Assembly (NCBI GenBank): GCA_002633005.1
Contig: NMRA01000925.1
Location: forward strand, 1 to 64,000
Length of the DNA: 64,000 nucleotides
Source of the DNA: Phoronis australis
Lineage: Eukaryota; Animalia; Phoronida
Direction of reading: 5' to 3'
Shown here: one piece after another, positions 50,001 to 61,702 of the stretch
Position numbering within the stretch: the stretch's first letter is position 1
How the letters are laid out: each line of letters opens with the position of its first letter
Made by a program: the position numbers and the translations under genes
The notes under the pieces: model-generated
The model's input: only the letters and a program-made list of their open reading frames with translations
Told to the model about the DNA's origin: nothing
Databases searched by the model: none

Positions 50001-51554
50001 GTTATTAGCTAGGCCTTGTTTCAGAACATTATGTCCGAGCTTATCTTCTGTGTGCCAGATAGGTAAATAATGCGTCTTTTCTAATATTTACCTTTGAGCT
50101 TATAGTTAGAATTCCTTATAGTAAAAAAAATCTTTTTGCACCTGTATAGTCTTTTTAAAATGTCCTAATATAATTATGCTTTCTTGCGCTTTCTGGGCTT
50201 ATCTCCAATTATTGTACATTATGTTTTTCATAAAGAAAGTTCTTTTAAGAACGTGTTATTTGTTATGGTTTTAATTAAATAATGTGAGCACAGCCCCAGA
50301 AATTGATTTAAAAAATTTGCATTACGGTATATCCTGGTTCTCACTGACCCCCTTGCACACGTTCACTAGTAAGACCGAGCTCAGAGAAATAGGAGACACC
50401 TTTGTGCAATGCTGGAATGTCAGCCAGTGAAGCCAGGATTTGAACCCAGGTCTCTCATGGGGGAGTCCAGAGCTCTAACCACAGAGCCACACTGTCTTCT
50501 CTGTGTTATGGTCAACTGCAGTGTTGTAACAGCAGAATTTTGACTGTGGAGTTGGTATTGGCCAGCTCAATTCTCGTTCGTCTGATTTCACATGTTGTTC
50601 CTTTGCCAATGAAACGAAATGAAAAACTTATAGAGAAATCCTGCTCCATTTCAGTGACATCACTACGAGATTTCTTGAACTTCTTGGAGATGTGGAGGAC
50701 ATTCTGGCGAGTGGGGAAAATTTCCTGCTTGGAAAATGGCTGGCAAATGCGAAGGCATGGGGAAGAAACGAAATGGAACGACGTCAGTACGAGTACAACG
50801 CTCGCATGCAGATAACACTCTGGGGTCCAGACGGAGAGGTACATTGAGACAGTATTCACAAGTTTTTTATCAATCAGTTTATCGACAATAGTAGACCAGG
50901 TTTATGTAAAACGGTTTGAAAATACTCTTCGTTTGGGTGGTCTGTTTGCTCATTCCACTAAAGCTGCTTCAGTTTATGACACAAGTCAAAAATAACTTTC
51001 TGGAAATTTTTACTTTAAGTTTGTTTTTATGCGCCACATATTTATATGTTGGTGCATATTGTCGTCATCTCTGTCTGGGTGTCCAGCGTCCGCTGCTGTA
51101 TCTTTTAAATCCCTTGCAGGATTGTAAGGAAATTTGGCATGTGTGTTCCTATGGTGCTCATGATGGATGACGACAAGTTTCAGACCGATCTGAATACCCC
51201 TGTGCCCCCCTAGTGACAATTTTAGTTTTTTACTTTTGCCTCTATTTTCGGAGTTCTTTATGGATTTTCATGAAATTCGGCTAATGGGTTTTTAATAAGA
51301 AGGCGATAATTTCAGTCCATTTGCTGATGGATTTTACACCACCTTGTGGCCATTTTTTGTTATTTTTGCGTCCATTTCCTTCCGTTGACCTCTCTATCTG
51401 CCACGCCGCTCAAAGGATCATTATGAAAATGTATAGGTGTGTTCCTGATGGGATAAGTCCATTATCGTCGTTTCCATCATCACCTCCCTTATCATCGTTG
51501 TCATCATTATTGTCATCATCTCCACTATCATCATTACCTCTAACATCATCGCTT

Positions 51555-51591
<37 letters not shown>

Positions 51592-54500
51592 CCAAGTCAT
51601 ATTCTTTGTGGCCATCATCATATTCACAACCACCACCATCATGGACATCATCACTTTCTTCACCTTCATCTGTTCATAAAATCGTCTTCATCATGACCAT
51701 CATCACCATCATTTTGATTGTTGGCTTCCCTCTTAGTTGCAGTCGTATGTTACATCCTGTCGTTGAGAACTGGTCTTGACTGGACAATATAGTCCGACTA
51801 TCAGTTGTGTGATTTTCTTTTGAGGATGTTTTATGTAAACGAAAAGTCTTAAATAAGGCGAATTTCATGAGACACAATCGAGTACTTACAATAAATTGAA
51901 CGTTTTTGTCCTTCGATGGCTGTCATCTTCCTCATTATGATGGTTAGGTGAACTTGCAATCACGTGATGAAGTTGCCGCCTTGGGTTACGTAATGCCATG
52001 TCATCAAGAGAGGGTACTGACCTATGTTATGATTAATGGCCTTGTTGCCCAGTTTCCTTATAGATAGGCTTAAGTTTTTTCTCTGTGTATCTCTATATTT
52101 TGGCCTATTTATTCGTAGCAAATTGAATCTCTCTGTTTTTATAGATCGTTGATTACGCTGCCAAGCAGTGGTCTGGTATGGTTAAAAGGTAAGACTTTCT
52201 CATTTTGATAGATTCAGATTTTTAACCCTTAGTTAACCATGATCCCAACATGCATTATGGGCGCTTAGAGAATTTGATTTAAAAATCCCTTTTTTGCTTG
52301 CTTATGGCATGAATTGAATTTCCTCAAGCGAAAAAATAATAGTTAGCAGTGATGTCAATGAAGATTTAACACCCGTTGCAGCACCACCTGTTGGTTGGGT
52401 CATGTTTTGAGGTAGAACCATTTGTTTTGGTTAACATTCCTGATAAGAAAACGCACCAAATCGAGTTCATTTATTGCTTCAGCAGGAAGATTCTCTGCCA
52501 CTAATTTGACTTATTCCAGCTTGAAGTTTGCAATTCCGGCTTGACGTAATTAGCACCGAGTGGGTCTTTAAGAAAGGGGACAGCTTGGTCAAATGTCAAA
52601 GTTAAGAAAGGAACAGGTTTTCAAGGATGCTTTAAATGCAGATTGGTCTGAATGGCTGGTACATCTTAGATGATACACGGTGCACTTTCCAGTTACACCT
52701 TTTCTGACCTTTTGACCTTTGCTACTTATTAAAGGGACATTACACTCGTATTTTCTGCCTCAAAACAAGTTTCGATTTGGGCCACTTACTGTATTATAAA
52801 GTTGTTCTTGTCTTGATGTTTCTTAATCAGTTTAGAAGTGATTTCTGAGCTCAGAAAGAAGTGACAGTTCCTTATTTCTTCGTGCCAAGCTAATGACATT
52901 GCTGGTCACACCGTGACATGAACTTTTATGAACTGGGTCTGAATAGTGAATTGCAGTTCTTTCCAACTCCAGAAATCACCAAGGAACAATTTGAGACCAC
53001 TCGTAAACTGTTAGTTACCCAAATTGGAACTTGTTTTTTGATGGAAAGCATAGGTTTATTGTCGCTTTAAATATTACTGTGAAGCCCCACTAACACTGCT
53101 TGTATGTTTCAGTTACTACAAACCACGATGGAAGCTGTTCTTTACAATGTTGACGTTGTCTTTAATCAAGGTATGTCATCTTAATTATGCATCATGTGTT
53201 GTTAGTTTAATGCACATCACAGAAGGCAGCTTCCATCTAGCATCTAGCTGCACAGCAATGCTCTCATTTTGTGAGGTCACACGCTGATGTAGAATGTGTT
53301 CTCATTATGTTATCGGAATAGATTTAATGCAAAAAGTTGGTCACCAAGGCTGCGAGCAACTTTAGCTTATGGAACGGAATCAATGAATTCTGTCCCATAA
53401 TTCAACATTCTAACCTCACTGACCAATCACTTGAATTAATGGCGGCCATTTTGCTAAGGCTCCGAGCATACTCTCGAAACACTCGCCTTTCACTCGCATG
53501 ATTCTTCACGGTGTTGCTTGATTTTCGCTATATTCTTGCATGTACAGAAGACATCCCATCATGCAAGTGGTTGTGGGTGTCATTTGACTGTTGAAATGCT
53601 TGCAGTTATTTTGGCAAGATGGTTGCCACACTAGCGCCTCACAGTGAGTCTCCAACTTTCCATTCGCCGGTGTTGTACGAGTAAAAATTTTTATTTTATC
53701 GTTGAGCAGTTTTCCTACATAAGCATTTATACACCACTTGAGTGAATTTCCTAATCTCATTTCTTTCTAAATCATGGACAAGACCCAAATTTGAGGAAAA
53801 TTGCAATTTTTTAGTGTCTGAAATTTGAGATATTGTACCTGAGTTTTTGATTGGCTAGTTAATTTCCATTTTTCCATTTTTCTATTTGACATTCCAGGAA
53901 GTTCCATTCAACCAGACTGAATTTAACCAGGCAGCATTCTCTACTGTTGAGCAGCCATTTGTCCTTAACAGATCAGCATATCCAGTGACACCTATTGGTA
54001 AGTACAGAAGGCGTCTTAGCCCTCCTGTGTGCCATTGTATGACAGATCATACCCTGGGGATGGTTAAGGTGGTCAAACACAACGCTGCACTCTCTGACTG
54101 CAACTGACCAACGTGACTGTTGCTCATATGTACACTTTTGGCCCATTTTCACAAATCAGTTTTAAAGAGGCAATGAACCCATGCCTTCTGCCAAATACCA
54201 GCTTTGGCATGTTGTTCCAGATTAGACATGATCTCTGGGCTCGAGAGGAACTCTTGGGCTGTTATTGTATCAGACCAGACCCATGTACTTGTTAGTCACC
54301 GTGGCTTAGTTTCAGTCGCCAACACAGTACGACCTTCAGGGGAATTCCTGGCAATTTATTGTATAAATTTTCAACGCAAATGCAATCAGGACGCTGCTTT
54401 GGAAAAGCATTACTAGACCTGTGAACAAAGTTGGTGCTTTTGTCTCCACGGTTTATACCAGCTTTAATGAAGTGTTTGTTAGTAACATTTTTCAAGACCA

Positions 54501-57500
54501 TCTGGCTAAGACCAGGCATACAACCATTGAGGTAACGATGCCTGGGGAGCACGGTACTCCACCATTTATTACTCACAAAATTTAATCATTTGTCAAATTT
54601 CTTTTTTGATTTCACAAATTGTCTTGTTTTTCTATGACTGTTTTTATAACAGAAATACGAGTTTAACCTCATGTTGTGCTGAAGAAATTCTTCATCCATT
54701 TAGCACTCAGTTTGGGGAAAGATGGAAATTTACTTTGTCAAATTTCTCCTGCAAAAAGCATTAAGAAAATTCTACTTCACTAGCAGTGTGCTTTGTGCTG
54801 TGTGGATGTCATAAACCAGCAATGGACACATCCTGGAGCACCTCAGCGCCCTCTATCTGTCTAATTCTGTAATGTTTATTCACCATGTTGTGCATGTATA
54901 GGTCACATGTCCTACATTTGTACACTGCTGGCATGCTAATCATTATTTTGCATTAAGATTTCCGTTTGCCATTCTGATGCGAATAAAGTTTTACTGTTGC
55001 ATAGCGCGCTTCAAAACGTACATACCGTAACAAATTGAAAGGTTAGTGTCAGGCATAGATCATCCCCCACTTATCTGGCTTGGCTAAGAAGTGTGTTAAT
55101 GGCCCTACCTTGTTGTAACTAGGCCAATCGTACAATGCGATTTTCTACCTCTGCTTTTATTAATATTTGTATTGTTTATTTATTTATTTATTCGTGTAAG
55201 CAAGCTTCTGGCTGATATTACAATATCTAGTAAGTTTAATCTGAATAAAAAAATGTGCAGTCAACAAAATCTAGATGTGCATTCTGATAAAATATTGATC
55301 ATTTGTGGGTGCCTGGCTGTGACAGCCATGTCAGTGTGTTTTGTGGTCTTAGTTTTGTAAAGTGCTTAACTGTTCCTCACCAATGCATTAACAGTGGTAT
55401 CAGGGTTTAGTAATTAGAATACTAGGGATAATAACTAAGCAAATACTGCTGTATAATGCCTTGTCATATTGAAGTGTGAACTCTCATGAATGGTGTGACA
55501 AAGGGATGCTATCAGAAACAGTGTTATTGTGTAGTCACTTCAGAATACTTTTAAACCGCCTCCAAATCCGTCGTCATCAGACCACTTACCAGTATGAATT
55601 TGTTCCAAAAATTGTTCTTTAGAGGTGGTTTCAGAGCTTCAAAGAACTTGCAGTTCGTTGTTTCTCGAGGCCACGCTCTAGAAGTTGGCTTGTCACTGTG
55701 TGTCGTTTTATGTGTGTGGTCTCGAGAACTAACGAGCTGCCAGTTCTTTGCAAACTCAAGAATCATTTCTTATCTGAAAAAGCAATGAGTTAAGACCAGT
55801 TTTAAATTGATAAATTGTCTGAACCAAACGTTCACTTTTTGGACGCAATGCGAGGTTGTAACGACTTTTAGTATTTTAATACTAAAATGAACATTATAAA
55901 AATATTCATTTCTTATTTATTGTGTGTTTGTCTAAGGCTGTTTTGAAAGACCAACCAAATCAATGTTGTGGCTTAATAGCTGGCAACAGTCGTGATACTT
56001 CAAATGTATTAAACGTCTCGTTTAAAATGAATTTAATATTTGGTTTGTGTTTTTAGTCCACCTTTCTTGAACCTTATTATTCCTACATTATGTACTTTAT
56101 TATATATCCTGCTTGTTTAAATTTGTTTAGTGACAAGGTTTCTGAAACTGTCATTTAACTTAACACTCTTGTTCTTTATTCAAGATTTTAGTAACTCGAG
56201 TAAATATTGACTGTTTTGAATTGCAAATTTTTTTCTTGTGGACTTGATCCACTACTCAAGGTGTCCATGATTTCCGTTGTAGTAAACGTTTGCTTTCCAA
56301 AGTTTACCAAGAATCGAGTTACAGGATAACGATTGGTAAAGTTCTTGTAGTGGAAATTGTTGCCGGTGTTGTTTATGAGGAAATTTATACGAAGTCGCAG
56401 ACAATGTAAAATTCACTGTATCTTGCCTTTTGTTTTCATTCAATGTGGTATTTATTCAGTTATTTCGCGCAAAACCAACTGCTAAAACTGCCTTTTGTTT
56501 GAAGTTTTTAAAAGCTGACTACTTTCTTATCGTAATTTATAGAATGTTGATTTGTGATCGCTGCTCAGCACAAACCGTGTAACTAATTCAGGAAATTTTT
56601 TTTCTTGACAAATTTGACAAAAATAAATTCTACTCGCTTTTGTCATATTTTGTGCTAAAATTCTAGAGCACGCCTTCATGGAATAGTTCTGCAGTAAATC
56701 CAAAATTTGATGTAGATTTTTATGCAGTATCAGCCCTTGTAGGTGCATAAAAATCTTCATATTCATTGACCGTTTTTACTGCTTGAATTAAGATTAGGAA
56801 TTATGATATATTTAATTTTGTACTGTTGGCTCCTATTTTTTACTACGGATGGGCCACATGGCACCCACGTCTATAATTCTGGAATGGACATTAGAAGGTG
56901 AAAATATGCAGCATTAGGTGGTAATTTAACACTAGTGCAGACTCATTACCGAGCATTAAATGAGCAGTACTGCTAGGGTTGTGATGCCCAGTTTTGATCT
57001 GTGCATGCAGCGGAACATTTTGTTATCACGCTTCACAAACAACGAACGAAAGCTATTTAAAAAAATTATTGCCTGAATACTCTTACAAAGTATTCAAAAT
57101 ATTGTAGTAACCACAGTCATAACACAGTGCTCCTTATCATGAGAACTAACTAAGTGGACATAAGCCCACGTTCTGCTCAAGAAGCAAACTATTGTCTTGG
57201 ACCGCTTTCTGTAGATGAGAATTGATTTCTGGCATTTGTAAAGAACTGACAGTTCATTATTCACGGCGCATAAAATGACACGACATGACAAACCAACTAG
57301 TAAAGCCTGGTCTCAGCCTATAATGAGCCGTTTTACATGAGAAAAAGTTGTCACTGTGTGAGATGTCACAGTGGGACTTACTCCACTTAAGTTGCATTTG
57401 CACGACATTAGATCGCAAACTAGATCAGCTGGAGTCGTTTGCGCAGAGACTGTCTGCGCGTGCTCTCATAAACAATAACGAACGTCCAAATAACACGGAA

Positions 57501-58027
57501 TGCCAGCGAATCACCTGTATATATATGCTATTGCGTAAACGCATTGAAAGATTGAAATATGATCCCTTTCTGCCCTGCCCCAGTTGTGTTTAGACGTATA
57601 GTTAAAACTGGGACAACTGATAGAGTGCAACTCGCTCTAACTCTCAAACCGGTGTCAAAATGGCCGCTGCAGTGCCATCTTGCTCCATGTCGGTCGTGTT
57701 TACACACACACTTGCTCCCGATCACCTGTTTCGTGTTAGTTGCTCTGGGACAGTTGTCTCCCATTTAAATGCAGCTATTATGGAACTATTGCCTTATCGT
57801 TGGTATGATTTGTTACCATGCAATAATTTTCAGCAGTGATACAGTAATCTACCAACAATGGAGAAGAGTGTTGCTTGGAATTTTTTGTCTGAATTTTTTA
57901 TAATATTTTATTCAAAGATGACTGTGTTGTGAGGATTTTGTTGATTTCGGGATTGTTTTTCATTACAGGCAACCCTTGGAAGATTTCGTCTTACCTTCAT
58001 GCTAAATACAGAAGTAAACATGGTTGA
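34839..58027 (+). CDS. NAGLU: Alpha-N-acetylglucosaminidase (GH89), complete spliced gene, 19 coding exons, 2250 nt including stop (~749 aa)
   Basis: All exons listed below join in frame with GT-AG introns; motifs [46 protein letters not shown] (acid/base), PEG (nucleophile), [23 protein letters not shown]. Confidence 0.95.
36630..36814 (+). CDS. NAGLU: NAGLU exon
   Basis: AG|[42 protein letters not shown]...ANP|GTTTGT. Confidence 0.88.
36857..37084 (+). CDS. NAGLU: NAGLU exon
   Basis: catNAG|[22 protein letters not shown]...GPAYLAW|GTTGGT; the acceptor contains an N. Confidence 0.88.
37509..37670 (+). CDS. NAGLU: NAGLU exon
   Basis: [13 protein letters not shown]...[17 protein letters not shown]|GTAACA. 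Confidence 0.93.
37952..38115. mobile_element. Short TA-flanked MITE, diverged
   Basis: TA|CCGTATT ... AATACAG|TA with internal GCGC-type subrepeats. Confidence 0.45.
38762..38827 (+). CDS. NAGLU: NAGLU exon
   Basis: [21 protein letters not shown]|GTATGT. Confidence 0.92.
39336..39470. repeat. (CAGTA)n pentanucleotide microsatellite
   Basis: Direct reading; explains the spurious YCTVL ORFs. Confidence 0.95.
40023..40086 (+). CDS. NAGLU: NAGLU exon
   Basis: [21 protein letters not shown]|GTGAGT. Confidence 0.93.
40506..40576 (+). CDS. NAGLU: NAGLU exon (catalytic acid/base Glu)
   Basis: [23 protein letters not shown]|GTAAGT. Confidence 0.93.
41267..41426 (+). CDS. NAGLU: NAGLU exon
   Basis: [16 protein letters not shown]...[10 protein letters not shown]...TSVPL|GTAGGT. 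Confidence 0.93.
42517..42666 (+). CDS. NAGLU: NAGLU exon
   Basis: [11 protein letters not shown]...[17 protein letters not shown]...IINK|GTGAGC. Confidence 0.93.
43323..43462 (+). CDS. NAGLU: NAGLU exon (catalytic nucleophile Glu)
   Basis: [38 protein letters not shown]...|GTAGGC. Confidence 0.93.
44170..44655. mobile_element. hAT-like MITE (CAGGG termini) with 6-bp TSD, CpG-rich
   Basis: GTAATG|CAGGGCTTGGAAT ... ATTCCAAGCCCTG|GTAATG; TTTCCGC subterminal repeats. Confidence 0.85.
45067..45139 (+). CDS. NAGLU: NAGLU exon
   Basis: [24 protein letters not shown]|GTTAGT. Confidence 0.92.
45523..45678. mobile_element. GC-rich MITE with 5-bp TSD
   Basis: CTATG|CTGGGGCGGAT ... ATCTGCCACTG|CTATG. 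Confidence 0.7.
46410..46535 (+). CDS. NAGLU: NAGLU exon
   Basis: [22 protein letters not shown]...HNPH|GTAAGT. Confidence 0.88.
47232..47326 (+). CDS. NAGLU: NAGLU exon
   Basis: [19 protein letters not shown]...SLF|GTGAGT. Confidence 0.92.
48673..48908. mobile_element. PIF/Harbinger-like MITE with CAG TSD
   Basis: CAG|GGGCCCATCCAAGAA ... TTCTTTGAACGGGCCC|CAG; CTTAA subrepeats. Confidence 0.65.
49539..49643 (+). CDS. NAGLU: NAGLU exon
   Basis: [19 protein letters not shown]...KAL|GTGAGT. Confidence 0.92.
50331..50501 (-). mobile_element. tRNA-derived SINE, antisense in a NAGLU intron
   Basis: Minus strand has A box TGGCTCTGTGGTTAGAG and B box GGTTCAAATCC followed by a non-tRNA body; no intact acceptor stem. 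Confidence 0.65.
50655..50838 (+). CDS. NAGLU: NAGLU exon
   Basis: [29 protein letters not shown]...[17 protein letters not shown]|GTACAT. Confidence 0.95.
51024..51450 (+). mobile_element. Second, 3'-truncated copy of the HINE family at 29967
   Basis: TTTTTATGCGCCACATATTTATATG start and two internal units homologous to 29967-30410. Confidence 0.8.
51460..51715. repeat. (CAT)n microsatellite and degenerate flanks
   Basis: Pure (CAT)n core at ~51557-51590; explains the poly-I/poly-M ORFs. Confidence 0.9.
52145..52188 (+). CDS. NAGLU: NAGLU exon
   Basis: [14 protein letters not shown]|GTAAGA. Confidence 0.93.
52733..53066. mobile_element. TTAA-flanked (Kolobok-like) MITE
   Basis: TTAA|AGGGACATTACAC...AAAACAAGTTTCGATTTGGG ... 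CCCAAATTGGAACTTGTTTT...TTTATTGTCGCT|TTAA; the internal part resembles 33278-33372. Confidence 0.65.
53113..53170 (+). CDS. NAGLU: NAGLU exon
   Basis: [19 protein letters not shown]|GTATGT. Confidence 0.93.
53898..53997 (+). CDS. NAGLU: NAGLU exon
   Basis: [33 protein letters not shown]|GTAAGT. Confidence 0.92.
57969..58027 (+). CDS. NAGLU: NAGLU last coding exon
   Basis: tttttcattacAG|(G)[18 protein letters not shown]; phase matches and it aligns with the G-D/N...L..KY C-terminal helix of GH89. Confidence 0.8.
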
Positions 58028-61000
58028 AACTTATGGTAGAAATTTCTTTATATTGGATGATCCCTTCGTTTGTGCATTGGACATTTTTTATTTCATCTAA
58101 ATGAGTTTTCCTGGTAAAAGCACTTTTATAAACAAACACTGTTTTTTTTTCAAGCTCAATGGAAACTTTGTTGTGAAAATGATGATTATTCAGTGTCTGC
58201 AAGGACAAAAAGTTGAGTATGGTAAAATCTCACCAATATGGCAGACAGGTGAAAATTTATTTTCTCATTTTTTTCATAATTGATATACAGAATCAAAATG
58301 ATGTCTTGTGGTATCCAAGCTCTGTATCATAGCTACCAACAGAAACTATTTTGAAAAGTGTGGACATTAAGTTGCTACAACAATGCTTGAAGGCCTTGAA
58401 AAATGAAACAAGTGCAATTTTGGCAATTATTTTTGTCTGCTATTGGTGATGTTTTAGGCGGTCACTTGTAATGCATTCTTAATTGAAGTTTTCAACAGTA
58501 CAAGTCCAAATACGCAAAAAAAATTTGTACTAGGAAATTGCTGTCATATGAGTGTTTACAATTTCCGCTTAGTGTTTAGCTGTGATGTTGGCCACTTGTA
58601 AATCTCATTTTAGTGGCAGTATGTTTGAAATGTGTCACTTTTGATATGTTTAAATTTATCATCTTTAGTTTTAGAATGAGGCTGTTATGCTGGTCTGTGT
58701 ATTTAGATGTATAGTGTAGCAGACGGCAGGTCTCATTAGTAACAGATGAACTGTGCTTGTAGCAGATGGTTGTGCTTGTAGCAGACGACATGGTGCTATT
58801 TCAGATGCTTTAAGCTGCATATGTATTCAGGATTGTATAAAGAACCCACATAATTTGCATAATTTGACATTGTCTCTCAAAAATGCTATTTGGTTATAAC
58901 TATTTTTATGGTTATACATTTTTGTTATTCCTTTCTTTGCAATGATGCAAGGCTATTGAAAATATATTGTCTCTGTTTGCCATGTCTTTTTCATTTTTTG
59001 TTCACAATTTCACCTCCTCCGATTATGCAACACCTTTCCAGAACCATCAAATTCATCTCTCCCAGATATGTTTTGTTGCATATAGCCATTGTCTTGTAGA
59101 CTCAACCTGAGGTTTGAAGCTAATTGACAACCACCAATCGTGCTATTAGCCATTTTAGTACTGCTTCTTGTCTTGACTGATTTTGGTAAACTTGATTTGA
59201 TGGTTATGGGTGGGACAGCAGTTGGCTGCCTACAGGAAAGCTTGGAGTACTGCGGCACCCCCTGTTGACTAGAAATTTCTTGGATTGATTACTGTTTGTG
59301 GGTACCACAGGGGTGTATGGCTTGGATGCGCCAGTAGCAATCGAGTCGATTTTCAGCTTAGATATCAAGTGAACAACGGTACTCCCATAATTTCCTTATG
59401 TTAATTACTAACAAACTACCCCCCCCCCGGAATCATTCTGTTTACTTTGCTGTCACTATGGGCACTTTCCAGGCGTTGGAGGTTCTTTTATTGGTTTTTG
59501 ACTGCCCTTCATCCGGTAGATTAAATTCTTGGTGAAAATGGCATAAGAAAACCTCATAACAGCCCGAAACCTTGCGGGAGTGGTTCAGGGCGTTCATTTC
59601 TGTAGGCGCTAACTTAATCGCTGACTGTTTTGATTCAGTTATCAATTCAAGATAAGGGAAAACAAACAAAACAGATTATATGTGTGTTCATAACGATTCT
59701 TTGGGTTCGACTTGAGTGAAGTCAAACATGTGCTCTAATGTTTGGTTTCCTTATGCGCGCTAAGTGGTAGAACGAAAAAGAATGCGGTAACAAGCTTTGG
59801 TTGGTACCTGAATAAGCTAGCCTCGCGAGGTAATTATGGTTATGAGGTATTGCGCAAGTTGCCATCTTCACACGGCTTTTGTGAATTCGTATTGTTCCCT
59901 GTATGTCAGTCATTTGCCCTTTATATGTTCCACAGTGTCTGCACCTGAGCTCGGAATTAACGTCCATTATCCTCAATTGGCTCAAAATATTTACCTATGG
60001 GATGTATTTGTCTGAGCTAGCTGGCGATAAAAGAAAAATTGAAGTCTCGAATAAACTGGCGTATGATTAAAACCATTTGTCTCTTAAAAAGTGGTCTCGG
60101 CTTGTTGATTTATCAGATGCCGAGAAGTCATTTTTGGTCTTCCAAAGAACTGACCGTTCGTTATTGCCAAAGACCACGTAATCTCCGAATAAAATAACTT
60201 ACCGTGACATGAATTTTTAAACCGTTGTCTCTTGAGAAAATGAACTGACAATCACCTGCTGACAATTCTTTTCAAGCTCAGATATTACAGCTATTTTGAT
60301 CCTTGAATTTAATGGGTTTTTTGTGTGGAAAGTTTTAAAAGGCGAGATTTCATTAGCCTGGCCCTTCTGAAACTGACCGACAACTTGGTGTTGGCCTCCT
60401 GACTCCAGTTGGCCTATAGTTATTATGAACGCTTTATTGCTTTTCGAAGGTATTGCCCAATTTTGATTCGATTATGAATGCGAATTTACGAGTACTGTTC
60501 TGCATCGAAGAAATACTATCGATGTTTTGAGCCCCAGGGCTTTGTGGCCCAAATGAAGACCTCGTGGCGTAAACCTGATACGAGGCAAACAATATAAGCT
60601 TTAAGAAAGAAGTAGGCTCGTTTTGTCATTTATATATCCATATATCAATATTAACGTTTCAGCATTGGTGTTGGATATAGTAATTAAATAAGGGGAATTT
60701 TCTTACACGTTTGAACACACATTTGGTCAAAATTGGAACGTTTGTATAAGATTCAAGAATAGCTAGTAGTTCATGTGTCGGAAACCAATGTAAACGGAAA
60801 ATTAAAGAAACGTGAACAGTGGTAACGAAGGTGGGACATTACCTCAAGGTTATGTAAGACCTTATTGAAAAGTCTTTGTATTAAGCCAGGTATCTAAAAA
60901 TAATAGCAGAAATCTTGTTGAATTTCATTTTTGGCGTTTTACCGATCTGTCATTGATTAGGTCACGTACAAACCATGTTATCCGAAAAGGTCCATTGATA

Positions 61001-61283
61001 GCAAAACAACTGTATCGATAACCTGATCAATCTTCATTAGAGATAAATGTTCAAGGTGAAATCTCAAAACGCTGTTACAGTTTTCTAAATAATCATTTCG
61101 TTTTCGTTTTATGATTGATTTTTTTTGTGAAAATCATAGCCCTTCATGTAGAAAAGGAACATTTTAAAAACAATTCATAGCAGAGAACAATGCATAGTGT
61201 ATCTGCAAGTTTCATATGAACACCAAACGCCATTTCTGAGACATTATGTTCCGAAATGCGTCGGATAGTTTTCTAAGGTCCGT

Positions 61284-61702
61284 TGCCCGCTTGCATGAAA
61301 CAGTCCCAAATAGGGGCTCGACTAAGTTCCATAAATCTATTTTGTGAGCTTGTGAAAACACTGATTGTCCTTATAATGTTTGAGTTTCGTTACTAAGTCA
61401 AAATTTGGCTTTGATACAAGTCGAGAGTGAACTTGACGTTGAATTCGCAATAAAATAAATAGGGATCTTTTCATGAAACGGCCCTAACTTAAGAACGAAG
61501 TGCCTATTTATTTTCATTGAAGCCAGGGCTCACTTTTTAGTTATGTTATTAAAAAATGGCATAATAGTCAAAGAGGAGCTCATAATAAAGATGAAATGAT
61601 AGAAAAACGATTACATCTGTGAGTAAAGTAACACACAAATAGGCAAAAGATTAAGGGAACTTAGTTGAGTCCCTATTTGGGACTGTTTCGTGTAACCCGG
61701 CA
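61284..61702. mobile_element. MITE with ~47-bp TIRs
   Basis: GAAACAGTCCCAAATAGGGGCTCGACTAAGTTCC / GGAACTTAGTTGAGTCCCTATTTGGGACTGTTTC. Confidence 0.8.

Noticed and set aside
51321-51877. Ser/Ile-rich membrane-like and poly-Met ORFs
   Set aside because: Translation of (CAT)n low-complexity DNA
54204-54416. Nearer last exon for NAGLU
   Set aside because: The acceptor at 54220 gives an immediate stop; the exon at 57969 supplies the expected C-terminal helix
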